Positions 1 through 12,199 of a stretch of 64,000 nucleotides of DNA are shown here, piece after piece (within the stretch, counting starts at the first letter, position 1; each line of letters starts with the position of its first letter). The position numbers were made by a program, and so were the translations under genes. Location of the stretch: contig OZ024740.1 in assembly GCA_964016885.1 (NCBI GenBank), forward strand, positions 85,498,001-85,562,000, written 5' to 3'. Origin of the DNA: Eledone cirrhosa (taxonomy: Eukaryota). The notes under the pieces were generated by a model that was not told where the DNA came from, did no database searches, and was given only the letters and a program-made list of their open reading frames with translations.

Positions 1-894
1 ATGCAGTTTATATATAATATCTTTTTTAAATGTATCATGGATTACTTTACTGATTACAGAAGAGTGTGTAACACAGTCTCTCTTCAATTCCTGCGCATAT
101 TGTCAATTGTGATTTTATTTGACATATCATATCTACATGTATATATATTTGTGTATAATATCAATATGCACACTACACATGCTCTCAGAAAACCAGGGTG
201 GTTTTTCTGCTAGTGCTAATAATAAATTCATTGATTGTATTCACCAAGTAGAGTTTCAAGATTATTCATGTCTATTTTTCCTCCAATACATCTCTTCTTT
301 CATGGCTTGTTTCTTATACTAAATTCATGCAAATGTCCTCAAAGAACTGAGCAAACTTGTATGTCTATATATTGTTGAAATTGCAGGAGCTCAGCCGTTG
401 GTGTCCAAAATTTTTCATTTTACCCATGCTATTAACCCAAGTATCGAGAACTCTTGTGAGTAATGATCTTACAGATTTTACCACTTCTGTTCTGATATAT
501 ATATCACCATCATCATCATCACCACCATTTAATGTCCATTTTCCATGCTAGCATGGGTTATATATATGTGTGTGTGCAGGCAAAACTGTGTGGTTAAGGA
601 GTTCACTTTGCAGCCACATAGTTTCGGGTTTATTCCCAGTGCATCTCCCTTTTGGCATGTGTCTTTTACTAAAGCCTCAGGTTGAACGAGAGAGAGAGCA
701 CAAGATAAATGCAGGAACAGAAAGAAGATAAATAGATCACTGACAGAGAGAAGGGCGGACATCATCAGAAAAAAGGAAGCAGTGAAATAAATATCTGAGT
801 GGGAGTAGGGATCATAAGAGAGAAAAGGAGACAGTGAAACAGATATGCAAGAGAGAGAGAAGGGAGTAAAAGAGGGAGAAAGACAGTGAAGCAG

Positions 895-902
895 ATATCT
901 GA

Positions 903-940
<38 letters not shown>

Positions 941-962
941 GAGAGAGAGAGAGAGAGAGAGA
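895..962. repeat. (AG)n microsatellite
   Basis: Visible dinucleotide run. Confidence 0.95.
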
Positions 963-1171
963 AAAATGAGTGAAAAAGAAAGAGATTCCACTACTTATCT
1001 AACATTGATTGATGACACAATAAAGCCTTTCTTTAGTAGATTCATCTTGTCCAAGTGTGAAATATACCAATTAAATGAAACTTTCATTTAAATTGCTGTC
1101 CAATGTAGTCTGTACAAGAGAGAGCAATCACTTGCGACTACTTTACATTCACTTCTAGTGTCTTTCAATAG

Positions 1172-1537
1172 TTTATTTTATGCAATACAGGACAACAACA
1201 TTATTTGCTCTCTTTATCGCAAATCTACAGAGGAGAGGGATTTAAATTTCCTGAGGGTAATTGCTGATCAAATTCAAAGCAGGGACCTCTTCTAGTTTAA
1301 TCATCATGAATTCTTGAAAGTTTAACAGAAAAATCTATTCAGTTTGTGCTTCCATTCAATGATGTTTGAACATCTATTTTTCTTTTCTTTTTTCTTATCT
1401 ATTTGCTGAGAAAGGAAGGAGGTCAACTGATTGAAATAAACCTCATCAGTAAAATGCTTTGTGGATGTTAGATGGGAGCTGCAGGTGTGTTTGTAGAAAA
1501 GCAGCATTTGGCACTGCTGCAAATCAATTCTCTCAGA
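1172..1537 (-). other. Candidate terminal non-coding (3' UTR) exon of the minus-strand gene
   Basis: Minus strand reads pyrimidine tract, CTAAC branch-like motif, then ATTAAACAG| acceptor at 1538-1539; an AATAAA follows near 1172-1177. No transcript evidence. Confidence 0.3.
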
Positions 1538-2332
1538 CTGTTTAATGTTAGTCAATAGAGAAGATAGAAAAGAGATAAAAAGTGAGAATAGAACCCCCAC
1601 CCCCCACCCCCACTCCCACCACCTTGAAAAAAAATCCCCCAAAATCATAAAAAAAAAAAAAAATCAATACATGAAATAGCTTAATCAATAGATAACATAG
1701 ATAGACATTATTTGTTGAGTATTTGGAAATGTCTTCCTACAAACAAGCCAGCTTTACTAAAAGTATATATATATACACATATATATATATAATCTACATA
1801 TACATATATGTCTCTTTATTAAGCAGCTTTAATCCATGGAATTATTGATTAAAAATACATTGTCAGCATATTGTCAGGGGCAAACATTTTATCAGTAATG
1901 AATAATAATGAAGAAACAGGAACAAGGAGGTTCAAAAGGACATGGAGTTGTTGTTGCTGCTACTGCTGATGTTGCCATTGCTGTTGTTCTTCATGATGCT
2001 GTTGCTGTTATTTAAAAAATAAACAAAAGCTTATCAGTTAAATGAGGGGTTTAAGTGAGAGTAGTGTATTGTTACCAACAGCTTAAGACAAAATGTGATT
2101 AGATAGTCTTTGTTGTACAACAACAACAACAAACATTTTAACCTTTTTGATACTACACTGCTTGAAACTGTCACTGGTTTTATGATACAAAGCTATTTTA
2201 AAGTGTTTATATTCATCTGAAACTCTTCCATCATCATTTTATCTAAGAACCTTTGTTAAGTTATGCACTAAACACCAGGTTAAAAATTAGAAATTTAGTT
2301 GCTTCTAAATCTTTCCAAATTCTCGATAATTT

Positions 2333-2735
2333 TCAAGTTCTTCTTTGCCTACTTATTTCTGGGAGGGTTGATGGGGTTATCAAGCATACCTTCCACCAGG
2401 TCTTGCCAGAAGCAACCGTTTCCAATTGATCTAGTTGGTTCCTCAAGTGAGACCCACTGAGCGCATGGATGTCATCCAACCATCTTGCTTGGGGTTTACC
2501 TCTGGGTCTCCTGCTGGTGTGTTTTGCCCGTAAAATCTGTCCAGTGATTCTTTCCTGAGACATTCTAACCACATGCCCATAGTATTGGAGTTGTGATCTT
2601 TCAATTCGGAGAAGTAGCAGCTCTACCTGGAGTACGAACTACACACTTTATACTTTATTGAGTAACGTTACTCCAAAGACTCTTCGGAGGAATCCCATTT
2701 CGGCCACTTGTATTCACAATTGTATTCTTTTGGCC
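2333..2735 (-). mobile_element. RTE-type LINE 3' ORF fragment
   Basis: Translation 'RMSQERITGQILRAKHTSRRPRGKPQARWLDDI' matches the C-terminal GRP..W motif of RTE-clade ORFs. Confidence 0.7.
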
Positions 2736-2767
2736 ATACATATATATATGTATATACATACACTCAT

Positions 2768-2825
<58 letters not shown>

Positions 2826-2827
<2 letters not shown>

Positions 2828-3135
2828 CTCTGGAGGATATTTCTGCTAAGCACCTCCTACACTCATGTTATAAGCCAATAAGGGATCCTCTATCTACATG
2901 GTTATTTGAAATACTAGAAATAGCAGCCAAATCATTTTCAAATCACATACTAACATCTTCAAGATAGTTTATTTCACACCACATTATTTAATATGTATCT
3001 TTTATTTGAAGTGTGTGCTTTGAGAACGACTTGGCTGCTATTTCTAGTATTTCAAATAACTATGTAGATAGAAGCTCCTTTATTGGCTTATAAAATGAGT
3101 GAAGGAGGTGCTAGCAGAAATATTCTCCACAGTAA
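2826..3135. mobile_element. Fold-back MITE-like element (~130-bp inverted arms)
   Basis: 2826-2950 is the imperfect reverse complement of ~3010-3135 (e.g. gttatttgaaatactagaaatagcagccaa / ttggctgctatttctagtatttcaaataac); flanked by TA runs. Confidence 0.75.
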
Positions 3136-3621
3136 TATATATATGTGTGTGAGTGTCTTGATTATCCTGTGTTTTTAGACATAGTTTTCAATCATAGGTC
3201 TGCTTGAGCAAGGCTGATCTAGGCTTAACATCAGAAAGGCATCCTTTATTCTAAGCCTCTTTGATGTATAACAGAAATTCAGCAATTACTGACATAATCA
3301 GGCAGTAATATGAAAATGAACGGTAGCTGATTGATTTCTATATGTAAATTCTGAATGATTTATTAATAAAAGAAATTGGCGTTAATGAATGTAAAATTAA
3401 ATCAGGTTTCAAATTAAATTATGTTTGATAATAATCTCTCTGAAAGAAAATTATTGTAATTGATTTAAATGAATATAAAATGAAATTAGTTTGGATAGTA
3501 ATGTTTAATGAGGTTCATTGTGTATGGCAATTTCTAAAGATTGCTACATTTCTGTGATACTTAAACAGAGGCTTAAAATGAAAAATGCTCAACAACACTA
3601 CTTATTTTACCTTAGGTGGAT

Positions 3622-3711
3622 TTATAAATTCCGTAATTTCTGAAGCTGTTCCGAGGCTATTTTTCGGACAAAGGATTCATCATCACAAACTTGTGGCTTT
3701 ATTTGCTGGAA
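3622..3711 (-). CDS. Putative last coding exon of an uncharacterised minus-strand gene (FQQIKPQVCDDESFVRKIASEQLQKLRNL*)
   Basis: Acceptor ttttcttcattag|, phase-0 open frame to TAA at 3622-3624, then donor AAG|GTAAAA at 3610; phase-compatible with exon 8244-8411. Confidence 0.55.
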   Translation of the reverse strand, partial: FQQIKPQVCDDESFVRKIASEQLQKLRNL

Positions 3712-4189
3712 CTAATGAAGAAAATAACATTAGTTTTTGCTTGTTTATTTCTTTTAATTTTTTCACCACATATTTTATATTCTATTTTAGCTCTCTAAAC
3801 ATCTATGAATTAAATCAAAAGACACAAATAAATGGCACTTGGATAATTATAATTATCTAGTTGCCATCAAAATACTAAATAATTATTTATCTTCTAAACA
3901 ATTCTGTTTTATAATCATCATCCTTTTTACATTTGACTTTCCATGTTAGCATGGGTTGGACATGATCTTTTGAGGCAATATTCCACAGCCAGGTGCCTTT
4001 CTCAATGCCAACCTGTCGAGTCATTTCTCATGACATTCAAACTACACTCAGTAAGGTGGAGAATGAAAGAATATCCAGTTGTAAAAATCAAGTTATAATT
4101 AGAATGTACAAGCATGTGTTCCCCTGGCCCATCAGGAGGTCAGTAACTCTGGACAAGAATTGAATTGGATTGTAATGTCTTGTTCAGCA

Positions 4190-4810
4190 CATGAGACTGT
4201 TCAGAGACGTGCAACCAAGCGAATACCCTCCATCAGGCATCTACCATACTCTGAGCGCCTTGCTTCCCTGGGCATGGATTCATTGAAGCTGCGACGCCTG
4301 ACAACTGACTTGGTAAACACCCACATAATTGTTAACTATGTTGCCAACAACAACCCTGAGTACCTTTTTGATTTCCATGTGTCTAACACTCATGGGCATG
4401 CCCACAAAGTAAGAAAACAGCACAGTTCCCATGACTTTCGGAAACATTTTTTCACACTCAGAGTTGCTGAAGCATGGAACAAACTACCTGCATCAGTTGT
4501 TAGCTGTCGAGACACTGCATCCTTTAAGGCCTCCATGCTTTCCGAGATCCGCCAACACTACAGCTAACACATACACACATGTACTTCCCTGACATTTGTG
4601 TATTATTCTATGTACTATACATACACCTTTGACGAGTTGTAGTGCACCTGAGCACTTTACACAATAATTTCATTATTATGTGTATATCATGACTCATGCA
4701 CTGTTCATTTTCCTGATGTTTGTACATTACCCTATGTACTATACATACACTTTTTGATGAGTTGTAGTGCACCTGAGCACTGTACACAATATTTCATTAT
4801 TATTATGATA
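4190..4810 (+). mobile_element. CR1/L2-group LINE 3' fragment with tandemly duplicated 3' UTR
   Basis: ETVQRRATKRIP..LPYSERL..L..RR...RKHFFTLRVAEAWNKLP is the typical CR1 ORF2 C-terminus; the tail gagttgtagtgcacctgagcactgtacacaa..(att)n occurs twice. Confidence 0.85.
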
Positions 4811-7520
4811 AACTGGAAAGTGAACACAAATTGATGATGATATTGATGACGTTGATGATGATGACGATGATGAAGATAATGTAGATCTCTAAATTTTACT
4901 TGAGGCAGTGAATCAGCAGAAGCATTAGAGCAGAGAACAAAATGCCTTAAGGTATTTATTCTAGCTCTTTGTATTCTGAATTCAAATCCCACTGAGGTCA
5001 ACTTTGCCAATTTAGAGTAGTGAATTAATGGAATTGTTAAATGGCAGACAAGATGATTTGTGATATTTGTTCCAGCTCTTTTTATATTGAGCACAAATAC
5101 TGCCATAGTCTACTGGTCATTATGGAAGGGATTGAAGCTCCATGTTCAAACCCAAAGTTAACAATGGATAGTATTAGAAATGTCCAGGGCTTCCTATAAA
5201 AAATTTGCAAGCTGGTACAAGACCTTTTTGGGGCCCAAAGCAAGCAAAGATTTTTCTCAAAATGGATGTTGCATGGTTGCTGGGGGCCCTTCTTAGCTCT
5301 TGGGCCCCGGAACAAAGTACTGGATAGGATATCATTCCATTGCAGAGTTCCCTGCAGCTGCTGGCACTCATTTTCAGTTGAGTTGACTGTAACAGCATGA
5401 AATAAAGTATTTTTCTCACAAACACAACCTACTACTACTTGTAAGCCCAACATCTTAACTACTAGGCCACCCACCTTCACATTGTCTCTCTCTTACTTAC
5501 CAGGAAAATGGAAATATGATATTAATCATCCAATGATATTAAGTTTGTTTTTTTAATTGCATATTCTATTCTGATTTAGCTTATTAATACTCTAAGAATT
5601 AAAAAATTTAAGAATATAATCAGCTAAGGAAAGTATTTCAAGAGTGCCAGTGGCATGAATTTAGATAAATAAGTTAAGGTGCTATATCCTGAATGATGTT
5701 TGCAAAAAACTTTTAATTGATTAAAATTTTCATCTGAGATGACAAAAGAAAATAAAACCTAGCAATATTTATAAGTCGGTCTCAACGAAAACATTAAATC
5801 ATTTTAAGAAATTAATTTCAAATCATTCATGTATGTGCTTTTGGTAAAAATTCATCTTTGCAAGCAGGAGGACATTAACAGATATGTTTTGATTGTGCAA
5901 ATTATTACTGATCAAAAATCTTTGTAACTATTTTTCTATATGTCATCTGATCAAAGCAGGTTTGAGTAGATGATGTTAAGGAAGGTTCAATAAGACTGAA
6001 ACATGTCCATAGCTGTCCTCTTGCTTGCAAACAAAGATTAGATTTTAAACTAAGTGCTTAAATTATTTTATTAAAAAATGATGACAATGGTGTGTGTGTG
6101 TATGTGTGCAAGTGTGTGTGTGTGTATGTTTGTGGGTGTGTGGGGTATGTATATGTGTTTGTGTGTGTGTGTGTGTGTGTATGCATGCAGGTATATGGTT
6201 AAGAAGTTCCCATAGTAATCAAGTTGCTTTCCATTCCATCCCACTGCATAGAATTTGAGCTACTAAGCCTTATGTGTGAATTAGGTCAGTCAAAACTGCA
6301 AGAAAGCCCAATGTATATTAATCCCCTTTATCGTATGCCCATTCTATCCAGATCCACCTCCATACTGTTTAAATTCTAAAGCAATGGTGATAACTGTAAC
6401 ACTCCCTCCTCTCATCACCTAGTTGATTTCCACTACACATGTCATACACTTATGGCCTTATACTTGTCACTCCCTACCCATGATATATTTTTATACCCCA
6501 CCCCATAGGGTAGCATGAACTCTTTAGTTGAGTGTCTCTTTAATGCTGGTACCATGATAAAATACACCCAGTGTACGCTGTAAAGGGATTGCTGTTAGCA
6601 AGAATGTCCAGCCATAGAAATCATGCCAAAAAAAAAAGGATGCTCTAGTCACAACATGGCTACCCCTTTAGTGTTGGTTCTATAAAAATTGCACCTATCA
6701 CACCATGTAAGGTGATTGGTGATAGGAAGAAAGTCCAGATGCAGAAACCATGCCACAAAAGAGCCAAAAAGGACTCTTCAGTTGTGTTGGGGACACAGCA
6801 ACCTCTCTAGTGCTGGTGACCTACAAAATAAAGGATCCAGTATACCCTGTAAAGTGGTTGGCATTAGGAAAGACATCCAGTTGTAGAAAACCTGCTGAAC
6901 AAGGGTTAGGAGAGCTCTTCAGCTGTGTTGAAGGCATGATATCATCCCAAGCGCTAGTGCTACAATAAAGTGCATCTGAAGCACACTGTAGAGTACAGGA
7001 ACATATGTAAGTGGGGCACAGGTTTCCAACGCATCTGAGAGGTCAGCAGAACTGATTGAGTGTTGGCTAGATCTATTGCAATCCAGTCATTTTCTTTCAG
7101 GAAAAATAGATGTTAAATGAGGATGGTGATGACACATATATCATCATCATTTAACATCCATTTTCCTTGCTAGCAAGAATAGGATTATAATTATCTCTCT
7201 CCTTCTAAGCACCCAGCCCACACTGTAAATGTGGTTGGTGTTAGGAAGGCCATCCAACCCTAGAAACCAAGCCAGAAACAGTTCTGTGTGAGTAAGGCAT
7301 GGTCACCTGACCCAAATTGCCTGAAACGGCACAACCCGTCTAACCCATGTGTGGCACTTTGGTTAAGTAGTCTGTGGTCAGATCCAACAGCTGATCAATG
7401 TTTTGGGAGTGAAATTGGTAATAATTCATGCAAAGCTGGAAAAATGGCAAAAAAATTGATGATAAAAGTGTTGTCAATAGGAAAGGCATCCAACCAGAAA
7501 AAACCTGACAAAAGTTTCTG

Positions 7521-7560
<40 letters not shown>

Positions 7561-8243
7561 GTAGTGCATTTGGTTGACTTTTCTTTTCTCTTCACATTCA
7601 TTGATTGATATCAGGGATATTTATTTACTCAATAGTTAGATATACAAAGATTTCAATCTTACTTAGAAAAAACACATCCGGATAGGCATCAGGGTGTAGA
7701 ATTCATCCTCATAATGACTTGTATAATCCATGCACCATGGAAAAATAAAAAAAAAATGGACATAAAACTGATCATTATGATTATGATGAAGATATATATT
7801 AGAATTTGTTTGTATGCCTCAATGTGAATTTGATAATTTTGTATTATACATAAATATCTACTTGTACACATGTATGTATATATTATCCACCACTGTTTAT
7901 AATTTTTAGGTGGTTTGAAATATTATATGTTTAACTGAAATATTTCTATGTTAAACCTGCTTTATCCACAGACTACCAATTATAGATTACTGAATTCCAG
8001 AAACCTGAACCTGGCACTGTTAAACAGCATGTATTCTAGTCTTTTGCAATATTTAATGTAACAATTATCATGAGTAGCTTATTAAATTCCTAAAGATCAT
8101 GTGCATAAGAGAATATGTGCAGTATTTGGTTTGTCTGTTCAGAATGAGTATGTACATGCATTTACATAAATCAAACATTTATAAAAAAAAAAAAAAAAAA
8201 GAGGCAGTGATTTCAACAACAGAATAATTTAGTTGTCACCAAC

Positions 8244-8411
8244 TTTTTGACGGAAAATTTCCTTTTGCATGTCATGTGTCTCTTCAAATTCTTCGATATT
8301 TCTTTGGAATTCTTCAGAACAATCCACCCCCTCCTTGTGTATTGTCTCTTCTTTCTTGTCATGAAACTTCCAAATTTTCTTATTTAATGTCTGGCCAGAT
8401 TTTTCTTCTAA
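8244..8411 (-). CDS. Putative internal exon, charged/coiled-coil-like (LEEKSGQTLNKKIWKF...QKEIFRQK)
   Basis: Acceptor ttggttctccttcag|, 168 nt open in phase 0, weak donor AAA|GTTGGT (read-through would stop at 8229); non-repetitive sequence. Confidence 0.6.
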
Positions 8412-9339
8412 CTGAAGGAGAACCAAAATGTTGAATCAAAAACTGACATAAGTCAAGTAGCCACATGCACTAATCTCAAACCATATTGTGACACTAAATA
8501 AATTTCTTAAATGTCTACAGAAATTAAATGTATGGTCATGGATTTTTCCCTATTTTGATACAAGCAAATGAATTTTGGATTGTTAAGCTGAATTAACTAT
8601 AGATGTATGGTAAAGGAGTGCACTTTGTAACCATGTGGTTTCAAGTTCAGAACTACACCCATGCCTAACAATAACCAAACCTATACTAATTATTTGTACA
8701 GAGACACTGGACATCATCAGGCTGCAGCTGACATATTATATAATTTCTATATAACTGCAGCAACCACTTCTCTGTTATTTGATCAGCATGGCACCTATAC
8801 AAAATAAGATCGACTATCGATTGACAAATTCCAACCATATATCAACAAGATGAAGAACAAAATTAAACCATATTATGCCCACTCCTCCTTTTTCTAATAA
8901 AACTATATTAACCTAACAGCAAACAAACCTACTGAAATATTATATGTGTAATACTTATTTAATGAGTACAATGAGAACTAACTAAATTAATACCTCATAA
9001 TTATCTATTAACCAAATGGAAACACTACACTTCTGGAAATCAACAACACAACAAACATATATACAAAGAAATTGATATCAAATACCAACCTTTAACTTGA
9101 CAATTGGACAAATACAGCTGAAAATGAGGTCATGGGCTAAACTAATAAACAAGTAATTTAGAAACTAATACTATACAACACAAATACAACAGCTAATGTA
9201 AATAACCAACTGAGTAGACAAAATAAATATATAAAACTGAAATTAGGTTTTTGAACCAAATAAAATAAGATTAAATTAAAAATCCCGGAACACATAAATG
9301 TTAAATGATAAAAGTATATTACAAAAAGGAATTTTTTTT

Positions 9340-9800
9340 TGTGTCAGCGGTGGTGTTGGTAACCACCATGACAGAATAACGTTCTTCTTCCCATTTAAGA
9401 AAGGTAAATCTCTAATCTGGGATGCAACATGTTGTAATACATTTTCTGGCTCCAACCTTGATATTTTGGTTGCAAACCTGGCCACAGCCACTCGCAATAC
9501 AGAGAAGAGGAAGAGAAAAAGATACTGGAGCTTGACCAACCATTTTCTTTTCATCCCGGTCACCGTTGAGACATCTGGTGTCCTTGGTCCCAACACTGCA
9601 GGTTTTCTCCACAAAATCAGAAAGACAGCAGCCTGCCTGTGAAAGAAGCCCTATTTGGTGGAGTGGCTGTTGCAGCGGGTGTCACTGGCTATTCTCTGTG
9701 ACAATGCCTTTGCTATTCCGTCGTTGGGCACAGCTGTCTGTCCCCCCCCCTTTCCTTTGTTGCATAAGTCTCTTTTTTCCTTTTCTTCTTGTTTATATTG
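9340..9800 (+). mobile_element. CRE-like (RLE-type) non-LTR retrotransposon 3' fragment, degenerate
   Basis: FPFKKGKSLIWDATCCNTF...RKRYWSL..FLFIPVTVETSGVLG resembles the C-terminal restriction-like endonuclease region of CRE-clade elements. Confidence 0.7.
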
Positions 9801-10794
9801 TAATTTGATGTGATTTTAAAATATGTTCACTTATTTAGAACAAAAATTGTATATAAACACACTGCTGACACACACACACCTCCATACATAAATGTACTGC
9901 TGACACACACACACATATGTATATAAACACACTGCTGATACACACACACATACCTCCATACATAAACACACAAAGATTAAACTCAACTAACTTACCCTAT
10001 GGTACGATGGGTAGTATGTTCAACTAGCACAGTTGTTGCATAACTGTCCACTTCAGATACAGCTAGGCAAAAAGCCTACTGTATGGAAATAGCTGAGGAC
10101 AGGGGGGTGCTAAACCTTCTCACTTCTGCTCCCAACAGCAGTTTATTCTCGACCTACCTACCTACCACACATTTTCCACTAAGTAAGCAATTAAACCAAA
10201 CTTATCCCATCTCCCTCTTCATGTCCTGTAAGTTACACAACTACCTGAAAATACTGTAAGCAAATAACTAGTGAACTTCCACAGAAATTAAATAAATGAA
10301 AGAAGTTTAGCTGGTGCAACATCCAATGCTGAAATGAATTAAACACTCATCACTCATAATCTAAACTATAATAAAGTAAAGAGTGCGGGACTGCACCCAG
10401 AATAAATATTTTTTATCCCGTTTGTAAAATAAGTTTGATTACTTTGAATAAATAATGAATGAATATTACATAATTTATATACTAAATTTTGTAACTAAAT
10501 TTCGTATTTATAAATAATTTAAAATTGACTTCTTTTCAAAGTTACAAATTTCTACACTTCCGGCATATCGTCGACACCACCACCACTTCAACTACCATAT
10601 ATATAGAAAGAGAGAGTTTGTGATGAGAGTGATAGAGTGATTATGACTTTCTACACACTGATGCGTATGATTGTGCACATACATACATCTATATGTATGA
10701 GTATATAACTATTATGAGTATATAACTATAATCGCGCAAACACAAACAAAATACACCCTCATGGACATACATTCAGATAAATACACATACTTTC

Positions 10795-11940
10795 ACACAA
10801 AAACATTCACACAAACACACACATAGTCATGATAGCTTTCGGGGAATTGGAAACAGGAGGGTAAAACAAGTATAACGTTTTATTTATTTATTAACAACAC
10901 AGTTTAACACTTTTTTAAAAAAAACTCATTTGTATAAAAATTTAATACAATGATTACAGAACGAAAACACAAACAAATATAATATATCAAAGGAAAGGGA
11001 AAGTAAAAAAAGGAAGAGAGAAAAATACACAAGAACGTAATGCACACATCTTAGACCACATAGGCTGGATAATGTAGTTAGCTAACAGAACACGGTAGCA
11101 AATACTTTCACACAAACACACATTCACACATTTACATTCACATTTACACAAACACACACATACAGTCATGATAGCGTTCGGTGAATTGGAAATGGGAGGG
11201 TAAAAGTACAACTTTTTATTTATTTATTAACAACACAGTTTAACTTTTTTTTTTTAAAACTCATTTGAATAAAAATTTAATATAATGATTACAGAACGAA
11301 AAGACTAACAAATATAATATATACAAAGGAAAGGGAAAAGAAAAAAAGAAAGAGAAAAAATACACAAGCACGTAATACACACATCTTAGACCCCATAGAA
11401 CAATATGCAGGTAAAAGAATGGAAAAAAACGAGACGCTACCAGAGCAAAAGATAGCAATATAGCGAGGAGGACTGGGGAACCTCTCTAATAATTTTTGAG
11501 GCAAGCCAGCATGCTCGCAGTGTTACCTGGGGTAATGGTGAGGCTGAGGTGCTGGAACAACCAAGTGCCCTCATGAGCATCACCAGTTACCCCTGTTTGG
11601 CGAGCTGCCTGTGAAGATAAGAACCTCGCTGTCAGTAGCTCGACTCCCCCAAACGTCTCGAACGCCACAGGCTGGATAATGTAGTTAGTTGACAGAACAC
11701 GGTATTTTAGGATTTTGTTCCATTCAGCTGCGGATGCTGTAGCTCTCGCCCTTACCGCTGTATCCAGGATATGGGACGGAGCAAAAGAGTTACTAACTGT
11801 GAAATCCCAAGTAAGGCACCTGCCTCTTGACCAGGAGCACAGAGTAAGAGCGTCAAGTCTTTTCCCATCAATTCTGGACAACCCAGACTGTTCCCAAATT
11901 GAGGGGATGTTTGCCCAGGCCAAAGCTCTTGAGTGGTAAT
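10795..11940 (-). mobile_element. CRE-like non-LTR retrotransposon 3' fragment with tandemly repeated 3' end
   Basis: ORF 11486-11962: EQSGLSRIDGKRLDALTLCSWSRGRCLTWDFTV...KYRVL..YIIQPVAFETFG. 10795-11058 repeats as 11130-11395, and 11057-11097 copies 11666-11704. Confidence 0.75.
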
Positions 11941-12199
11941 AGGATAGTGTGTGTATGTGCATGTGCGCGAGTTTGTCGGTGTTCTTAAATTAGAGACGTG
12001 TATGTGTGTGTCACTGTTTTTAAGTTAGAGACATATGTGTATCTCTTTCCTTCCTTTTACACACACATACATTCACTCAAACACACATACACATTGTGTG
12101 ATGGACAGATGGACAGAAATCCCTCAAATTTATATACATGTGAATGGAGTTCTACTGAAACAGAATCGAGGGCGGTTTTCTGCTAGTAAATATAATAAA

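Noticed and set aside
8660-10400. A/C-rich segments resembling decayed retroelement sequence
   Set aside because: No recognisable protein motif could be read outside 9340-9800; left unassigned.
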